A stretch of 64,000 nucleotides of DNA from Atribacterota bacterium (GCA_035648055.1 DASRMF010000060.1:1195-65194); one strand, 5' to 3'. Shown: positions 32,243-43,595, counted from the stretch's first letter. Notes: generated from the sequence alone by a model not told the origin. Translations and numbers: made by a program.

Positions 32243-32615
32243 TTAAGTTACCATCAAGGTAAAAAGCATCCTTAATATGTTTTATTCTTTTTATATCTTT
32301 AAGGTTAGAGATACTGATCAATATTACATCAAAGCAATAATTATTTTTCCAAAGATTGTATTTAGCCAAATAGCATAAAGCATTTTTAATTATTTTTCGT
32401 TGTTTATTATAGTTTATTGCTTCTTCAGGATATCCAAACTTATCAGAACGCCTTGTTTTTACCTCCACAAAGACAATATCACCTTTATATTCACTGATAA
32501 TATCTATTTCTCCTAAGAAAGTATGGAAATTCCTCTCTTTTATCTTGTAACCTTTAGTTTCTAAATATTTACAAGCTAAATCTTCGCCGTATTTTCCTAT
32601 ATTTATATTATCCAT
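32235..32615 (-). CDS. yraN: UPF0102 family endonuclease YraN
   Basis: 126 aa. Conserved GEDLACKYLETKGYKI ... EIDII ... VEVKTR motifs. Confidence 0.85.
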   Translation of the reverse strand: MDNINIGKYGEDLACKYLETKGYKIKERNFHTFLGEIDIISEYKGDIVFVEVKTRRSDKFGYPEEAINYNKQRKIIKNALCYLAKYNLWKNNYCFDVILISISNLKDIKRIKHIKDAFYLDGNLSI

Positions 32616-32663
32616 CTTTAATAATCATCTATTTTCGTATTATTAATAATTTTTTATTTCAAC

Positions 32664-33365
32664 CTAAATAATCACTACTCTTTTAAAAGTTTTTCTATGT
32701 ATCTCTGATGGGCCGTACTTAATTAGTGCCTTAAGATGCTCTTCCGTCCCATAACCTTTGTTTTTTTTGAAAAGGTACTGTGGGTATTTTTGGTCATATT
32801 TAACCATAATATTATCTCTATAGACTTTAGCAATTATAGAGGCTGCGGCAATCGAAATACTTCTATCCTCCCCTTTAATCAACGGTATCTGTAGAATATT
32901 CAGGTTAGGAATTTTAAAGCCATCCACTAATAAATAATCAGGTATTTCTTTTAAATCTAAAATAGCTTTTTTCATTGCCAAAAAAGAAGCTTGGGCGATA
33001 TTTATTCTATCAATGATTTTAGCTTCTACAATACCAATTCCCACATCTTTTGCACCATTTAAGATAGAATAATATAATTCTGTTCTTTTTTTTGAGGTTA
33101 ACTTTTTAGAATCTTTAACATAGGGAATAAACAATCGGCAGGGTAGAATTACTGCGGCGGCCACTACCGGCCCGGACAATGACCCCCTGCCTACCTCATC
33201 TATCCCGGCAACCAAAGAATACCCTTTAATCTTTAATCGATTTTCATAGTTATAGAGATTATAAATTCTTAATCTTTCTTTATATAATTTTTCTATTTTT
33301 CTCTGATAACTACAAATTATTTTTTTCGTTATTTTTACTTTGCTATCTTTTGCCTTGCATACCAT
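32664..33365 (-). CDS. rnhB: Ribonuclease HII
   Basis: 233 aa. Motif GIDEVGRGSLSGPVVAAAV. Confidence 0.9.
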   Translation of the reverse strand: MVCKAKDSKVKITKKIICSYQRKIEKLYKERLRIYNLYNYENRLKIKGYSLVAGIDEVGRGSLSGPVVAAAVILPCRLFIPYVKDSKKLTSKKRTELYYSILNGAKDVGIGIVEAKIIDRINIAQASFLAMKKAILDLKEIPDYLLVDGFKIPNLNILQIPLIKGEDRSISIAAASIIAKVYRDNIMVKYDQKYPQYLFKKNKGYGTEEHLKALIKYGPSEIHRKTFKRVVII

Positions 33366-33369
33366 TTAA

Positions 33370-33723
33370 TTATCTTTTTTCTTTAACTTTGCTTCTCTTC
33401 CCTACCCTGTCTCTCAGATAATATAGTTTTGCTCTTCTCGTTCTTCCTTTTTTTAAAACCACTACTTTTGCAATATTTGGTGAATGTAGCTGAAATATTT
33501 TTTCTACCCCGATACCCTTGGATATTTTTCTTACCATAAATGTTTCCTTGGTTCCACCATGTTTCTTAGCTATAACTATTCCTTTAAAAATCTGTATTCG
33601 CTCTCTGGTACCTTCAATAATTTTTTGATGTACCTCCACTGTATCTCCAGGTACAAATTCGCTATTCTCTTTTTTAGATTGTTCCTCTTCTATTTGTTTA
33701 ATGTAATCTACCATAAAAATCAT
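33370..33723 (-). CDS. rplS: 50S ribosomal protein L19
   Basis: 117 aa, L19 family. Confidence 0.93.
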   Translation of the reverse strand: MIFMVDYIKQIEEEQSKKENSEFVPGDTVEVHQKIIEGTRERIQIFKGIVIAKKHGGTKETFMVRKISKGIGVEKIFQLHSPNIAKVVVLKKGRTRRAKLYYLRDRVGKRSKVKEKR

Positions 33724-33784
33724 CCTTCCTAATTATTTTTTTTTATTTATAGTGCAGATTATCTGCCTTTTTAATTATTTTACC

Positions 33785-34546
33785 TTAATCTACCTGAAGG
33801 TCTTTTTCTAATTCTTTTACTAGAGCTAACTCTGTTTTAGATAATTTTTTATTTGCAAAAATTTCAGGTCTTCTAATTAAAGTTCTTAATAGAGACTGTT
33901 TTCTTCTCCACTTTTTAATTTCTTTATGATTACCTGAAAGTAATATTTCCGGAACTTTAAAACCTTTAAATTCATCAGGTCTGGTATAGTGAGGGTAATC
34001 AAGATATTCGTTATAAAATGAATCATTTACCATAGATTCTTCTTTTCCTAAAACTCCTGGAATCATTCTCGAAATTGCATCTACTATTAACATTGCCGGT
34101 AATTCTCCTCCGCTAACTACAAAGTTACCGATTGACACTTCTTCTGCATCGAGAAGTCTAGGTATCCGTTCATCTATGCCCTCATATCGACCGCAAATAA
34201 TTAATAATCTATTTTCTTTTGACAAATCTTTAGCCATCCCCTGGTTAAAAATCTTTCCCTGAGCAGAAGTGATTATAATTCTTAAAGGTAATGAAGATTT
34301 GTTTTTTTTTATCACATCTACGGCATCCCAAATTGGCTGGGGCTTTAAAACCATACCTGGCCCTCCGCCATAAGAATAATCGTCTACAGTTTTATGTTTA
34401 TCCAGGGTAAAATCCCTAATGTCAATTAGATTTATTTTTATTAATCCTTTTTCTTGAGCCCTTTTTAATATGCTTTCGGAAAAAGGGCCTTTAAACATAT
34501 CGGGGAAAATATTTAATATATTAATTTCTAAACAATCATTTGTCAT
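33785..34546 (-). CDS. trmD: tRNA (guanine37-N1)-methyltransferase
   Basis: 253 aa, TrmD SPOUT family. Confidence 0.92.
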   Translation of the reverse strand: MTNDCLEINILNIFPDMFKGPFSESILKRAQEKGLIKINLIDIRDFTLDKHKTVDDYSYGGGPGMVLKPQPIWDAVDVIKKNKSSLPLRIIITSAQGKIFNQGMAKDLSKENRLLIICGRYEGIDERIPRLLDAEEVSIGNFVVSGGELPAMLIVDAISRMIPGVLGKEESMVNDSFYNEYLDYPHYTRPDEFKGFKVPEILLSGNHKEIKKWRRKQSLLRTLIRRPEIFANKKLSKTELALVKELEKDLQVD

Positions 34547-35052
34547 ATTAATCCATCTACCATGTTTATGGTAATTCGTTTTTTTTCTAAATCAATGTTT
34601 TTTAGAACATCATGAATAGCCGGGATAAATAATTCCTCTTTATCCTTTCTTTTAACCACATACACATCATTGCTACCTGTGCTTATAACATTTTCAACTT
34701 TTCCCAGAAAAATATCATTCTCGTCATATACTTCAAGACCAATTATCTCAAATATAAAATAAGCATCCTTTGGTAGTTTTACAGCATTTTTTCTTTCAAC
34801 CTCAAGAAAAGACCCAACTATCATCTTGGCTTCTTCAATATTTTTTATATCTTTTAATTTTAAAATAGTCGTATCTTTTTTTATTCTTATTTTCTCTACA
34901 TTTAATATTGTTTGGCTATTTTTATTTCTTAAAAAAACGTTATCTAAATTTTTAAATCTGTCAATTGAATCGGTAAGAGGCAAAACATTAACTTCCCCCT
35001 TGTTGCCCTGGGTAGAAACCACTTTGCCAATCACAATAAAATCATTAGTCAA
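34543..35052 (-). CDS. rimM: Ribosome maturation factor RimM
   Basis: 169 aa. Overlaps trmD by 4 nt. Confidence 0.88.
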   Translation of the reverse strand: MTNDFIVIGKVVSTQGNKGEVNVLPLTDSIDRFKNLDNVFLRNKNSQTILNVEKIRIKKDTTILKLKDIKNIEEAKMIVGSFLEVERKNAVKLPKDAYFIFEIIGLEVYDENDIFLGKVENVISTGSNDVYVVKRKDKEELFIPAIHDVLKNIDLEKKRITINMVDGLI

Positions 35053-35110
35053 TAAAATTTCTCCTTTCGCTTCACTCCTTCATAATGACAATATATACTA
35101 ACGACTAATT

Positions 35111-35341
35111 CTATTCGACGATTTCGATAACTACTCGTTTATCGTCCTTTTGCGCAGCAGCATTCACTATGGTTCTAATTGACTTTATATTTCTGCCTTG
35201 TCTTCCGATCACTTTACCTATATCATCGGAATCAACTTTCACTTCGTATATCGATGATTTTTCACCGACAATCTCATTTATCTCTACTTTATCTGGATTG
35301 TCCACAATTCCTTTTATAATTAATTCAATAAGTTCTTTCAA
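35111..35341 (-). CDS. KH-domain RNA-binding protein (YlqC/UPF0109 family)
   Basis: 76 aa with a GxxG KH motif (VIGRQGRNIKSIR), lying between rpsP and rimM as in Bacillus. Confidence 0.85.
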   Translation of the reverse strand: MKELIELIIKGIVDNPDKVEINEIVGEKSSIYEVKVDSDDIGKVIGRQGRNIKSIRTIVNAAAQKDDKRVVIEIVE

Positions 35342-35359
35342 AATAATCTCCTTGCTGTT

Positions 35360-35626
35360 TTATCTGTTTTTCAATATCCCTTCTTTTTTAAATAGATCTT
35401 TTACTGTTGCTGAAAGTTGAGCACCCTTTCCAATCCATTTTAAACTTGCTTCCTGGTCAATCTTAAAAACATAAGGATCAGAAAGTGGTTGATAATATCC
35501 TAATTGTTCTATAAATTTAGCGTTACAAGCTTTCCTCGAATCGATTACCACTACTTTGTAAAAAGGATTTTTCTTGCCACCTTCTCTTCTAAGTTTAATT
35601 TTTACTGACATTAATTTTGCCTCCAT
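35360..35626 (-). CDS. rpsP: 30S ribosomal protein S16
   Basis: 88 aa, S16 family. Confidence 0.93.
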   Translation of the reverse strand: MEAKLMSVKIKLRREGGKKNPFYKVVVIDSRKACNAKFIEQLGYYQPLSDPYVFKIDQEASLKWIGKGAQLSATVKDLFKKEGILKNR

Positions 35627-35690
35627 TTTGTTATTTACGTTTTTATTTTTCTGTATCTTTTGTGTATCTTCCTATTTTCTTTTGACATTA

Positions 35691-37013
35691 TTAATTAAAA
35701 GAAAATTTCTTTAGCCCTGGTCCCTTTTTAAACATTTCTTTTAACTGATAAAATTGTTTTAACAATCTGTTTATATCTGAAATCTGTGTTCCACTCCCCC
35801 TGGATATTCTTTTCCTTCTGCTTCCGTTAATTATAGAAGGGCTTTCCCTTTCTTCGACAGTCATTGAACTTATAATAGCTTCAATTTTCTTTAGTTCGCC
35901 CTCTCTGTCTCCTAATTTTGTAACATCTATTTTATTTTTTAAATTATTAAATCCTGGAACCATATCCATAATCTGATCTACCGAACCAATATCTTTCATT
36001 TTTTTTAGCTGTAAATAAAAATCATTCAAATCAAAATTATGGTCCTTCATCTTTTTATTTAATTTTTTTAATTCATCTCTATCGTAAGCAGTTTCAACTT
36101 TTTCTATTAGTGTTAAGATGTCACCCATACCCAATATTCGAGAGGCCATTCTTTCCGGATGAAAAGGTTCAAAGTTATCGACCTTTTCGCCTATACCTAT
36201 AAACTTAATAGGTATTCCTAAAACTTTTTTTAAGGATAGGGCCACTCCCCCTCGAGTATCACCATCCAATTTAGTCAGAATAATTCCGTTTACTTTGATT
36301 TTATCACAAAATACTTTAGCTGAATTTACCGCATCCTGTCCGGCCATAGCATCTACTATCAATAATTTTTCCCGAAGAGGGATATTTTCATCAATTTCTT
36401 GCAATTCATTCATTAATTTATCATCTATATGTAATCTTCCGGCAGTATCAATAATTAACACATCGTAATTTTTTTTAGATGAGTAAATTATGGCAGCTTT
36501 AACAATATTTACTGCACTTTCGTTTTTGCCTATGGAAAAAACCGGTAAATCAGATTTTTCACCTAATACCTGTAGTTGTTCGATGGCTGCCGGCCTATAT
36601 ATATCTGTTGCTATCAAAAGCGGCGAATGCCCTTTTTTTCTACAGTATTTAGCTAACTTTACGGCTGTGGTAGTTTTGCCGGTTCCCTGCAATCCCACTA
36701 ACATTATAATAGTGGGGGGAGCGGGACTTATACTAAGGTCATTTTGTTTGGACCCTAATATTAAAGTTATCTCCCCATTTACAATTTTTATAATTTGTTG
36801 AGCAGGTGTTAGACTTTCGGATATCTTTTCCTGCTGCATTTTTTCATGTAAATTATTTATAAATTCCTTTACAACTTTATAATTTACATCTGCTTCTAAA
36901 AGGGCTATACGAATTTCATGAAGACAATCTTTTATATCATTTTCATTTAATTTTCCCTTATTTCTTATCTTTTTAAATATTGTCTGAAATTTATCAGTGA
37001 GGCTGGTAAACAT
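35691..37013 (-). CDS. ffh: Signal recognition particle protein Ffh
   Basis: 440 aa with an NG domain (GLQGTGKTTT) and an M domain. Confidence 0.93.
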   Translation of the reverse strand: MFTSLTDKFQTIFKKIRNKGKLNENDIKDCLHEIRIALLEADVNYKVVKEFINNLHEKMQQEKISESLTPAQQIIKIVNGEITLILGSKQNDLSISPAPPTIIMLVGLQGTGKTTTAVKLAKYCRKKGHSPLLIATDIYRPAAIEQLQVLGEKSDLPVFSIGKNESAVNIVKAAIIYSSKKNYDVLIIDTAGRLHIDDKLMNELQEIDENIPLREKLLIVDAMAGQDAVNSAKVFCDKIKVNGIILTKLDGDTRGGVALSLKKVLGIPIKFIGIGEKVDNFEPFHPERMASRILGMGDILTLIEKVETAYDRDELKKLNKKMKDHNFDLNDFYLQLKKMKDIGSVDQIMDMVPGFNNLKNKIDVTKLGDREGELKKIEAIISSMTVEERESPSIINGSRRKRISRGSGTQISDINRLLKQFYQLKEMFKKGPGLKKFSFN

Positions 37014-37105
37014 AGAAAAAATAACTCCTCTTAGCTTCAGTTCATCTACTAATTTTTAATTCCGCAAAAATACCTTTATAAGTATATAGAAAATTATCTT
37101 TAGTG

Positions 37106-38026
37106 TCAATCAATAAGAGCTTCAACAAATTTATCAGCTTTAAAATCATATAAATTATTTAATTTTTCTCCACAGCTAATTAACTTAACAGGGATATTTA
37201 ACTCTTTTTTTATGGCAATTACTATTCCCCCCTTGGACGTTCCATCCATTTTAGTAAGGGCAATTCCGGTAATTCCCAATAATTTGTTAAAAGATTTTGC
37301 CTGAGCTATTGCGTTTTGTCCCGTCGTAGCATCGATAGTTTGCAATATTTCTAATGAACAATTATTAGCCTCTTTTTGGATTACTCTTTTTATCTTTTCC
37401 AATTCATTCATTAAATTTGTCTTGGTATGAAGCCTTCCGGCAGTATCGATAATAACTATATTCTTTTTCCGGGCTCGAGCTGCACTAATCCCATCATATA
37501 CAACCGAAGCCGGGTCAGCACCCTCTTTAGCATTTATCATCTCTACTCCAGCCTTACCGGCCAGAATCTCAAGCTGCTGTATCGCTGCTGCCCTAAAGGT
37601 ATCGGCAGGAACCATTATTATATCTTTATTTATATTTTTTAAGTGATAAGCAATTTTTCCCGCTACCGAAGTTTTTCCTGAGCCATTTACTCCTACCAGC
37701 ATTATTATATTTAATCTATCTTCATTAATGTTAATATCAGATGCGGTTGAATTTAAAATATCTATCAGGATAGCTTTTAATTTTTCTTTAAAAAATATAA
37801 AGTTATTTTTCTTGTATTCTTTAAAATTAATCTGCTGAAATTCATTTATTATCTCTGCGGTTGCGGAGGTTCCTAAGTCAGATAATATTAATAATTCTTC
37901 TAATTTCTCCAAAAAATCTGATTTATCTTTAGAATTACTAAATAAAAATCCTAATTTATTAGTAAATTCTACCCTCGTTTTATGTAGTCCTTCTTTAAAT
38001 TGGAAAAATATATTTCTTATACTCAT
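37106..38026 (-). CDS. ftsY: SRP receptor FtsY
   Basis: 306 aa with an NG domain (GVNGSGKTS). Confidence 0.92.
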   Translation of the reverse strand: MSIRNIFFQFKEGLHKTRVEFTNKLGFLFSNSKDKSDFLEKLEELLILSDLGTSATAEIINEFQQINFKEYKKNNFIFFKEKLKAILIDILNSTASDININEDRLNIIMLVGVNGSGKTSVAGKIAYHLKNINKDIIMVPADTFRAAAIQQLEILAGKAGVEMINAKEGADPASVVYDGISAARARKKNIVIIDTAGRLHTKTNLMNELEKIKRVIQKEANNCSLEILQTIDATTGQNAIAQAKSFNKLLGITGIALTKMDGTSKGGIVIAIKKELNIPVKLISCGEKLNNLYDFKADKFVEALID

Positions 38027-38047
38027 GGTTTTTTTATCCGCCTTAAC

Positions 38048-41000
38048 TTATTTTTCCAATTTTACCGAAACTATTTTTGAGATACCTGATTCTTCCATGG
38101 TTATGCCATATAATGTGTCTGCTGATTCCATCATTGTTTTTTGATGGGTGATAAGAACCAATTGCGACTGATTTAAATCTTCCCCTTTTAATATATGGGT
38201 AAGTCTTTCAGCGTTTACTTCATCTAAAGAAGTATCTATTTCATCAAAAAAACAAAATGGACTTGGATTTGCTTTCCATAAGGCTAGTAAAAGTGCTATA
38301 GTAGTTAGGGCTTTTTCACCGGAGGATAACAATTCAATATTTTGCGTTTTCTTCCCCGGAGGACGGGCAATTATATCTATTCCAGAGTTTAATATATCTT
38401 TTTCAGATTCAATAACCAATCTTCCTTCCCCGCCAGAAAATATTTTTTTAAATATATCATTAAAGTATGTTTTTACTTGATCAAAGGTTTTTTTAAACCT
38501 TTCTGTGGCAATTTGGTCAATTTCTGAAATCGTTATTTCCAGATATTTTTTTGCCTTGCATATATCTTCATATTTTTCGTATAGAGAATTATAGCGTTGT
38601 AACTGATTGTTATAACTATTTTCGGCCTCAAAGTTTATCTGCCCCATTTTTAGGATATTATCTCTTAAAATATCTATCTCTTGGCAAGCTTCTTTCTGTG
38701 AACCGGAGACATTTTTGTATAATTCTAATTTTTCCAGTGATAAATTATAATTTTTATTAACTTCTTCCTCTACATTAACATATTTTTCCTGATACTGAAC
38801 CTCTAATATTTCTTCTCTATGTTGTTTGTCTTTGATTGATTCATGCGATTTTTGTAGGTTTATCTTATCCCGTTGTAAATTTTTTAACAGGTTAGATTTT
38901 TTTTGCAGAATTTCTTTTATTTCTTCTGCTTTCTTGAAGACGGAAGGATTCTCTTTATCCAGGCTGCTTGTTTGAATTTTATACTCTTTTATCTTTTTTA
39001 ATACATTAGCAAGTTTTTCATTATGTTCTTTTATAGCACTTCTTTTTTTGTCTAAATCTATAAAATGTTCATCCCTGTATTGACAAATATTTTCAGATTT
39101 TTCTTTTATGCTTATAAGTTTTTCATTATTTATTAAAATACTATTTTTCAGGTCATTTATGTCTCTGGAAAGATTGTTTTTACAGTTGTTTCCTCTTGCA
39201 GCAATTTGATTAATGGTATTATTAGAATGACTAATATTTTTACTATATTCAGAAAGCGTGCTGTATTTTTTTTCAAGGAAATGTAATTTCCCCGAAATAT
39301 TTTTTCTCTCCGCCGAAATACTATTTTCTTCAATCAAAAGACCCTTTAAGCTATCTTTTAGCTCACTAATTGAAACTGCTGCCTTGTTCAAATTATTTAT
39401 ACTATCAGTTAGGTTTTTTTTGTTCTCTTGCAATAATCTTCTTGCGTTCTGGTTTTCTTTACATAGTAAATTGTAAATATCGTTATTTTTTTCGATAATA
39501 TTATCATTTTTTTCAATTTTGATTTTTAAAGTTTCTATTTCTTTTTCTAATTTTTCAATCTCTTTTTCTACATAATAAAAACCCGCTTTATAATCATCTG
39601 AGTTTTTTGATTCTGAATAGATATCTACGGACCCGTCTGTATTTATTATCATTCCATCCAGTGAAATAATTTTATATTTGCCCAGATAATTGCTTGAAAT
39701 ATCAAGAGCAGTCTTTATATTTTCAACTATTAATATATTTCCCAACAAAACTTTAAACAAATTACGGTATTTTTGGGAATAGTTTATCAGTTGATGGGCA
39801 AACCCACAAATATTTTTGTTTTTACTTTTAATCTGGTCATCAGGAAGTGTTTTTATGTTTTTTATTAAATCCAGAGGGATTATCTTTAGCTTTTCTAATT
39901 CGTTTTCCGAAAAGGAATTAATTATGTTTAAAGCATACGAAATATCACTCACTACAATTGAGTTAAAACTTTCCCTTAAAGCAATCTTCATAATTTTCTC
40001 GTATTTTGAAGGAATATTATCGATTAGTTTTATGGTTTTTTCACAAAGGTTATCTGGATATTTTTGGCAGTATTCTGAGTAAAAGAGTTCTGTCTTTTGT
40101 CCGTTTTTATTCCCATTATTCTTTATTGATTTCTTTAAAGTATTTTTCCTTTCTTCTTTTAAACTAATTGTATGTCTATCGTTTCCCACTTCTGCCTGTA
40201 ATTTATTTAAGATACCTTCAATCTCTTTTATTTTCTCTTCGCTTGATCTAAGTTGTGCTTCATCTTCATTTTTTCTGTTTTCTCTTACGATTTTTTGATA
40301 ATCACTCTCTTTTGCCACCATATTTTTTAATTGATTTTCAAGTAATATTCTTTTTTTTCTAATTTTTTCTAAATTTATATCGATAATATCCAGGGTAGTA
40401 CTATATCTTATTTTTGATTCCTTTAAAAACAATTCCTTTTCCGAAATTATTTTTAGTACTTCTCTCGAATTGATCTCCATAATATTAAGCGAATCGATAA
40501 ATTTTGAAATATCGTTAATTTTTTTATTTAAACAGATAAGTTTTTTATTATAACTATCTAATTTTTTGTTTATCTCCAGAATATTCAAACTTACTGTTTT
40601 TTTATTTTGTTCACCAATAACTATTTTTTGATTTATACTTTCAGCTTCTTTATTTAAATCAAACAGTCTTTTTTCAATGTCGCCCTTCTTTTGTAACATT
40701 AAATTCAATTCGCTCTGAATTAATTTCTTTCTATTGTCCAGTTCATAATTATCATATTTATATTTTTCTTGTTCCCTATTTAAATTATCTAACTCTACAC
40801 TTAATAAATTAATCGCTGTTTCTTCTTCAATTTTCCGTATAATCTCGTTTTTTTCTTTTTCATATTGTTCTAAATTTCTCTTTATTTTAGATAAATTTGT
40901 TCTGTATAAATTATGCTTTTGGTAGATTAAAAATAACTCTATACTTTTTATTTTTTCCTGGCAAACTTTATAATTTTTTAGATGTCCTGCTTCTTCTTCT

Positions 41001-41626
41001 AAAATTAGTAATTGATTTTTTATTTCAGAAATTATGTTTTCAATTTTATCTAAATTATTATTAGTTTCCTCTATTTTATTTAAAGTTTTTTTCTTTTCAT
41101 ATTTATATTTAGAAATAGAGGCAGCCTCTTCAAATAGATAACGTCGTTCAGACGGCTTTGCACTTAAAATAAGATCAACTTCTCCCTGAGCAACGATGGA
41201 ATAAGTATTTTTACTCAAACCTGTATTCATAAATAGTTCTTGAATATCTTTCAATCTGCAAGAGATTCCATTGATGAAATTTTCGGTCTCTCCGGAACGA
41301 TAAATCCTTCTTTTTATATTTACTTCTTCCCAATCTACCGGGAGAATCTTCTCAGAATTATTGATAGTCAACGAAACTTCCGCTATATTTAAAGGTCTTG
41401 CTTTGTGATTCCCTGAAAAAATAATATCTGTTAGCTGTTTTCCCCGCAATGACCTGATATTCTGTTCACCCAATACCCATCTGACCGCGTCGATAATATT
41501 GCTTTTACCGCAGCCGTTTGGACCGACTATTGCGGTAACGCCAGAATTGAACGATAGTTTTATTTTTTTTCCAAATGATTTGAATCCATAAATTTCAAGT
41601 TCTTTTAAAAACACTTTTTGCCTCAT
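38048..41626 (-). CDS. smc: Chromosome segregation protein SMC
   Basis: 1192 aa. N-terminal Walker A (GPNGCGKSN), long coiled coils, a hinge, and a C-terminal signature motif (LSGGEKALTTIALLLA) plus Walker B. Confidence 0.93.
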   Translation of the reverse strand: MRQKVFLKELEIYGFKSFGKKIKLSFNSGVTAIVGPNGCGKSNIIDAVRWVLGEQNIRSLRGKQLTDIIFSGNHKARPLNIAEVSLTINNSEKILPVDWEEVNIKRRIYRSGETENFINGISCRLKDIQELFMNTGLSKNTYSIVAQGEVDLILSAKPSERRYLFEEAASISKYKYEKKKTLNKIEETNNNLDKIENIISEIKNQLLILEEEAGHLKNYKVCQEKIKSIELFLIYQKHNLYRTNLSKIKRNLEQYEKEKNEIIRKIEEETAINLLSVELDNLNREQEKYKYDNYELDNRKKLIQSELNLMLQKKGDIEKRLFDLNKEAESINQKIVIGEQNKKTVSLNILEINKKLDSYNKKLICLNKKINDISKFIDSLNIMEINSREVLKIISEKELFLKESKIRYSTTLDIIDINLEKIRKKRILLENQLKNMVAKESDYQKIVRENRKNEDEAQLRSSEEKIKEIEGILNKLQAEVGNDRHTISLKEERKNTLKKSIKNNGNKNGQKTELFYSEYCQKYPDNLCEKTIKLIDNIPSKYEKIMKIALRESFNSIVVSDISYALNIINSFSENELEKLKIIPLDLIKNIKTLPDDQIKSKNKNICGFAHQLINYSQKYRNLFKVLLGNILIVENIKTALDISSNYLGKYKIISLDGMIINTDGSVDIYSESKNSDDYKAGFYYVEKEIEKLEKEIETLKIKIEKNDNIIEKNNDIYNLLCKENQNARRLLQENKKNLTDSINNLNKAAVSISELKDSLKGLLIEENSISAERKNISGKLHFLEKKYSTLSEYSKNISHSNNTINQIAARGNNCKNNLSRDINDLKNSILINNEKLISIKEKSENICQYRDEHFIDLDKKRSAIKEHNEKLANVLKKIKEYKIQTSSLDKENPSVFKKAEEIKEILQKKSNLLKNLQRDKINLQKSHESIKDKQHREEILEVQYQEKYVNVEEEVNKNYNLSLEKLELYKNVSGSQKEACQEIDILRDNILKMGQINFEAENSYNNQLQRYNSLYEKYEDICKAKKYLEITISEIDQIATERFKKTFDQVKTYFNDIFKKIFSGGEGRLVIESEKDILNSGIDIIARPPGKKTQNIELLSSGEKALTTIALLLALWKANPSPFCFFDEIDTSLDEVNAERLTHILKGEDLNQSQLVLITHQKTMMESADTLYGITMEESGISKIVSVKLEK

Positions 41627-42312
41627 TTTATTACTTCTAACTTTTTTAAAGCATCCTGCGCGGCTTCCTGCTCTGCTTCTTTTTTATTCTCACCAGTTCC
41701 GGTTCCATAGGCAACTTTCTTTAGTCTTACCTCAATAGAAAATGTCTTTTTATGATCCGGACCTTTTTCTGTAATTAAACAATATTCAGGTAAACATTTC
41801 ATCTTTTTTTGAGATATTTCCTGTAATAAAGTTTTATAATCTTCCCCATGCTTACCTTTTATAATTAGTTCTGTTTCCTTTTCTATAAATAATGAGATAA
41901 TTTTTTTAGCTTTTTGCAGACCGCTATCTAAATATATTGCTCCTAATAGAGCCTCGAAACTATCTGCAAGAATAGATAATTTTTTTCTCCCTCCGGTTGA
42001 TTCTTCCCCTTTCCCCAAGGTAATGTACTTTCCTAAAGAAAAGTTATTAGCCCATTTAGCCAAAATATCCTTACTAACTATAACAGATTTAATTTTTGTA
42101 AGCTTACCTTCTGAAAAAGAAGGTAATTTGCGGTAAAGATATTCAGTAACAGCTAAGTCTAAAACAGAATCACCTAAAAATTCTAATCTTTGATTATTGG
42201 TTTTCTTGTCTTTAAAATTTTTTTTTTGGAAAGAAGGATGGGTTAAAGCTTCTTTGAGAAGAATTCTATTTTTAAATTTATAATCTAATTTTTTCTCTAA
42301 ATTATTTGTCAT
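41623..42312 (-). CDS. rnc: Ribonuclease III
   Basis: 229 aa. RNase III signature ERLEFLGDS and a dsRBD. Confidence 0.92.
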   Translation of the reverse strand: MTNNLEKKLDYKFKNRILLKEALTHPSFQKKNFKDKKTNNQRLEFLGDSVLDLAVTEYLYRKLPSFSEGKLTKIKSVIVSKDILAKWANNFSLGKYITLGKGEESTGGRKKLSILADSFEALLGAIYLDSGLQKAKKIISLFIEKETELIIKGKHGEDYKTLLQEISQKKMKCLPEYCLITEKGPDHKKTFSIEVRLKKVAYGTGTGENKKEAEQEAAQDALKKLEVIK

Positions 42313-43546
42313 TATATTTTCCTAAAACAATTACTCCATTATGCCCCCCAAAGCCAAATGAATTGGAAATAGCGTAATTAACTATCTTCTTTTCACTTTC
42401 ATTTGGTACATAATCTAAGTCACACTCCGGATCCGGAGAGTTATAATTAATAGTGGGAGGTATAATATTATTTTTGATAGTAAGGGCAGTGGCAATAGCC
42501 TCTATTCCTCCGCTTGCCCCCAACAGATGACCGGTCATGGATTTATTAGAACTTATCTTTAAATCATAAGCATGTCTACCAAACACCTTTTTTATGGCTA
42601 AGGTTTCTAATTTATCATTTAAAGAGGTAGAAGTCCCATGAGCATTAATGTAATCAATTTGTGAAGGTTCGATTTTTGCATCTTTTAAGGCAATTTCTAT
42701 CGCCTTGGCAGCCGCTTCTCCTTCAGGTGCGGGAGCAGTAATATGGTAGGCATCAGCAGTCATGCCAAAACCGAATATTTCAGCATATATATTAGCATTT
42801 CTTTCTTTTGCGTGTTGTAAAGTTTCTAATACTAAAATTCCTGCGCCTTCACCCATAATAAAACCGTCCCTCTCTCTATCAAAAGGTTTGGAAGCTTTTT
42901 TGGGATAGTCATTTTGAGTAGATAAGGCTCTCATTTTGCAAAATCCAGCTAAAGCCATAGGGCTAATTGCAGCTTCTGTACCTCCACTAATAATTATTTG
43001 GGCATCTCCATGTTGTAAAAGCTTGAAAGCCATTCCAAGAGCATGAGTAGATGATGCGCAAGCAGTAGTAATAACCCCATTGGGTCCTTTGGCACCGATT
43101 TTTATAGCTATTTCACCTGCGGATATATTGGAAATCATCATAGGTATAAAAAATGGACTTACTCTTCCCGGCCCTTTTTCCAATAATATTTTATGTTGTT
43201 TTTCAAATGTTCCTATACCGCCTATACCTGAACCAATTATAACTCCCGTTGAATAAGAATCCTTTTCAGTAATCTTCAATTTAGAATCCTCAAGTGCCAA
43301 CATAGCCGCAACAATTGAAAATTGTGTGCTTTTATCCATTCTGTTTGCTTCTTTGATAGATATGTAATTTGTATAATCAAAATCTTTTACTTCTGCTGCT
43401 ATTTTAGTAGGATATTTTTCGGTATCGAAATAACTTATTCTATCGATACCACATTTTCCCTGAATTAAGGATTGCCAAAAATTATTTTTTCCAATTCCTA
43501 CGGGAGAAACCGGACCTAAACCGGTGATTACTACTCTATTTTTCAT
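42302..43546 (-). CDS. fabF: 3-oxoacyl-ACP synthase II. Start re-assigned to the ATG at 43546, so the track ORF to 43600 begins at a TTG inside a hairpin.
   Basis: The N-terminus MKNRVVITGLGPVSPVG is the canonical FabF start. GAAGGTG RBS lies upstream. The Cys-His-His active-site context is present. Confidence 0.9.
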   Translation of the reverse strand: MKNRVVITGLGPVSPVGIGKNNFWQSLIQGKCGIDRISYFDTEKYPTKIAAEVKDFDYTNYISIKEANRMDKSTQFSIVAAMLALEDSKLKITEKDSYSTGVIIGSGIGGIGTFEKQHKILLEKGPGRVSPFFIPMMISNISAGEIAIKIGAKGPNGVITTACASSTHALGMAFKLLQHGDAQIIISGGTEAAISPMALAGFCKMRALSTQNDYPKKASKPFDRERDGFIMGEGAGILVLETLQHAKERNANIYAEIFGFGMTADAYHITAPAPEGEAAAKAIEIALKDAKIEPSQIDYINAHGTSTSLNDKLETLAIKKVFGRHAYDLKISSNKSMTGHLLGASGGIEAIATALTIKNNIIPPTINYNSPDPECDLDYVPNESEKKIVNYAISNSFGFGGHNGVIVLGKYNDK

Positions 43547-43595
43547 TATTTTACCCAACACCTTCACTAAAAAATTACTATTCTTAAACTTACAT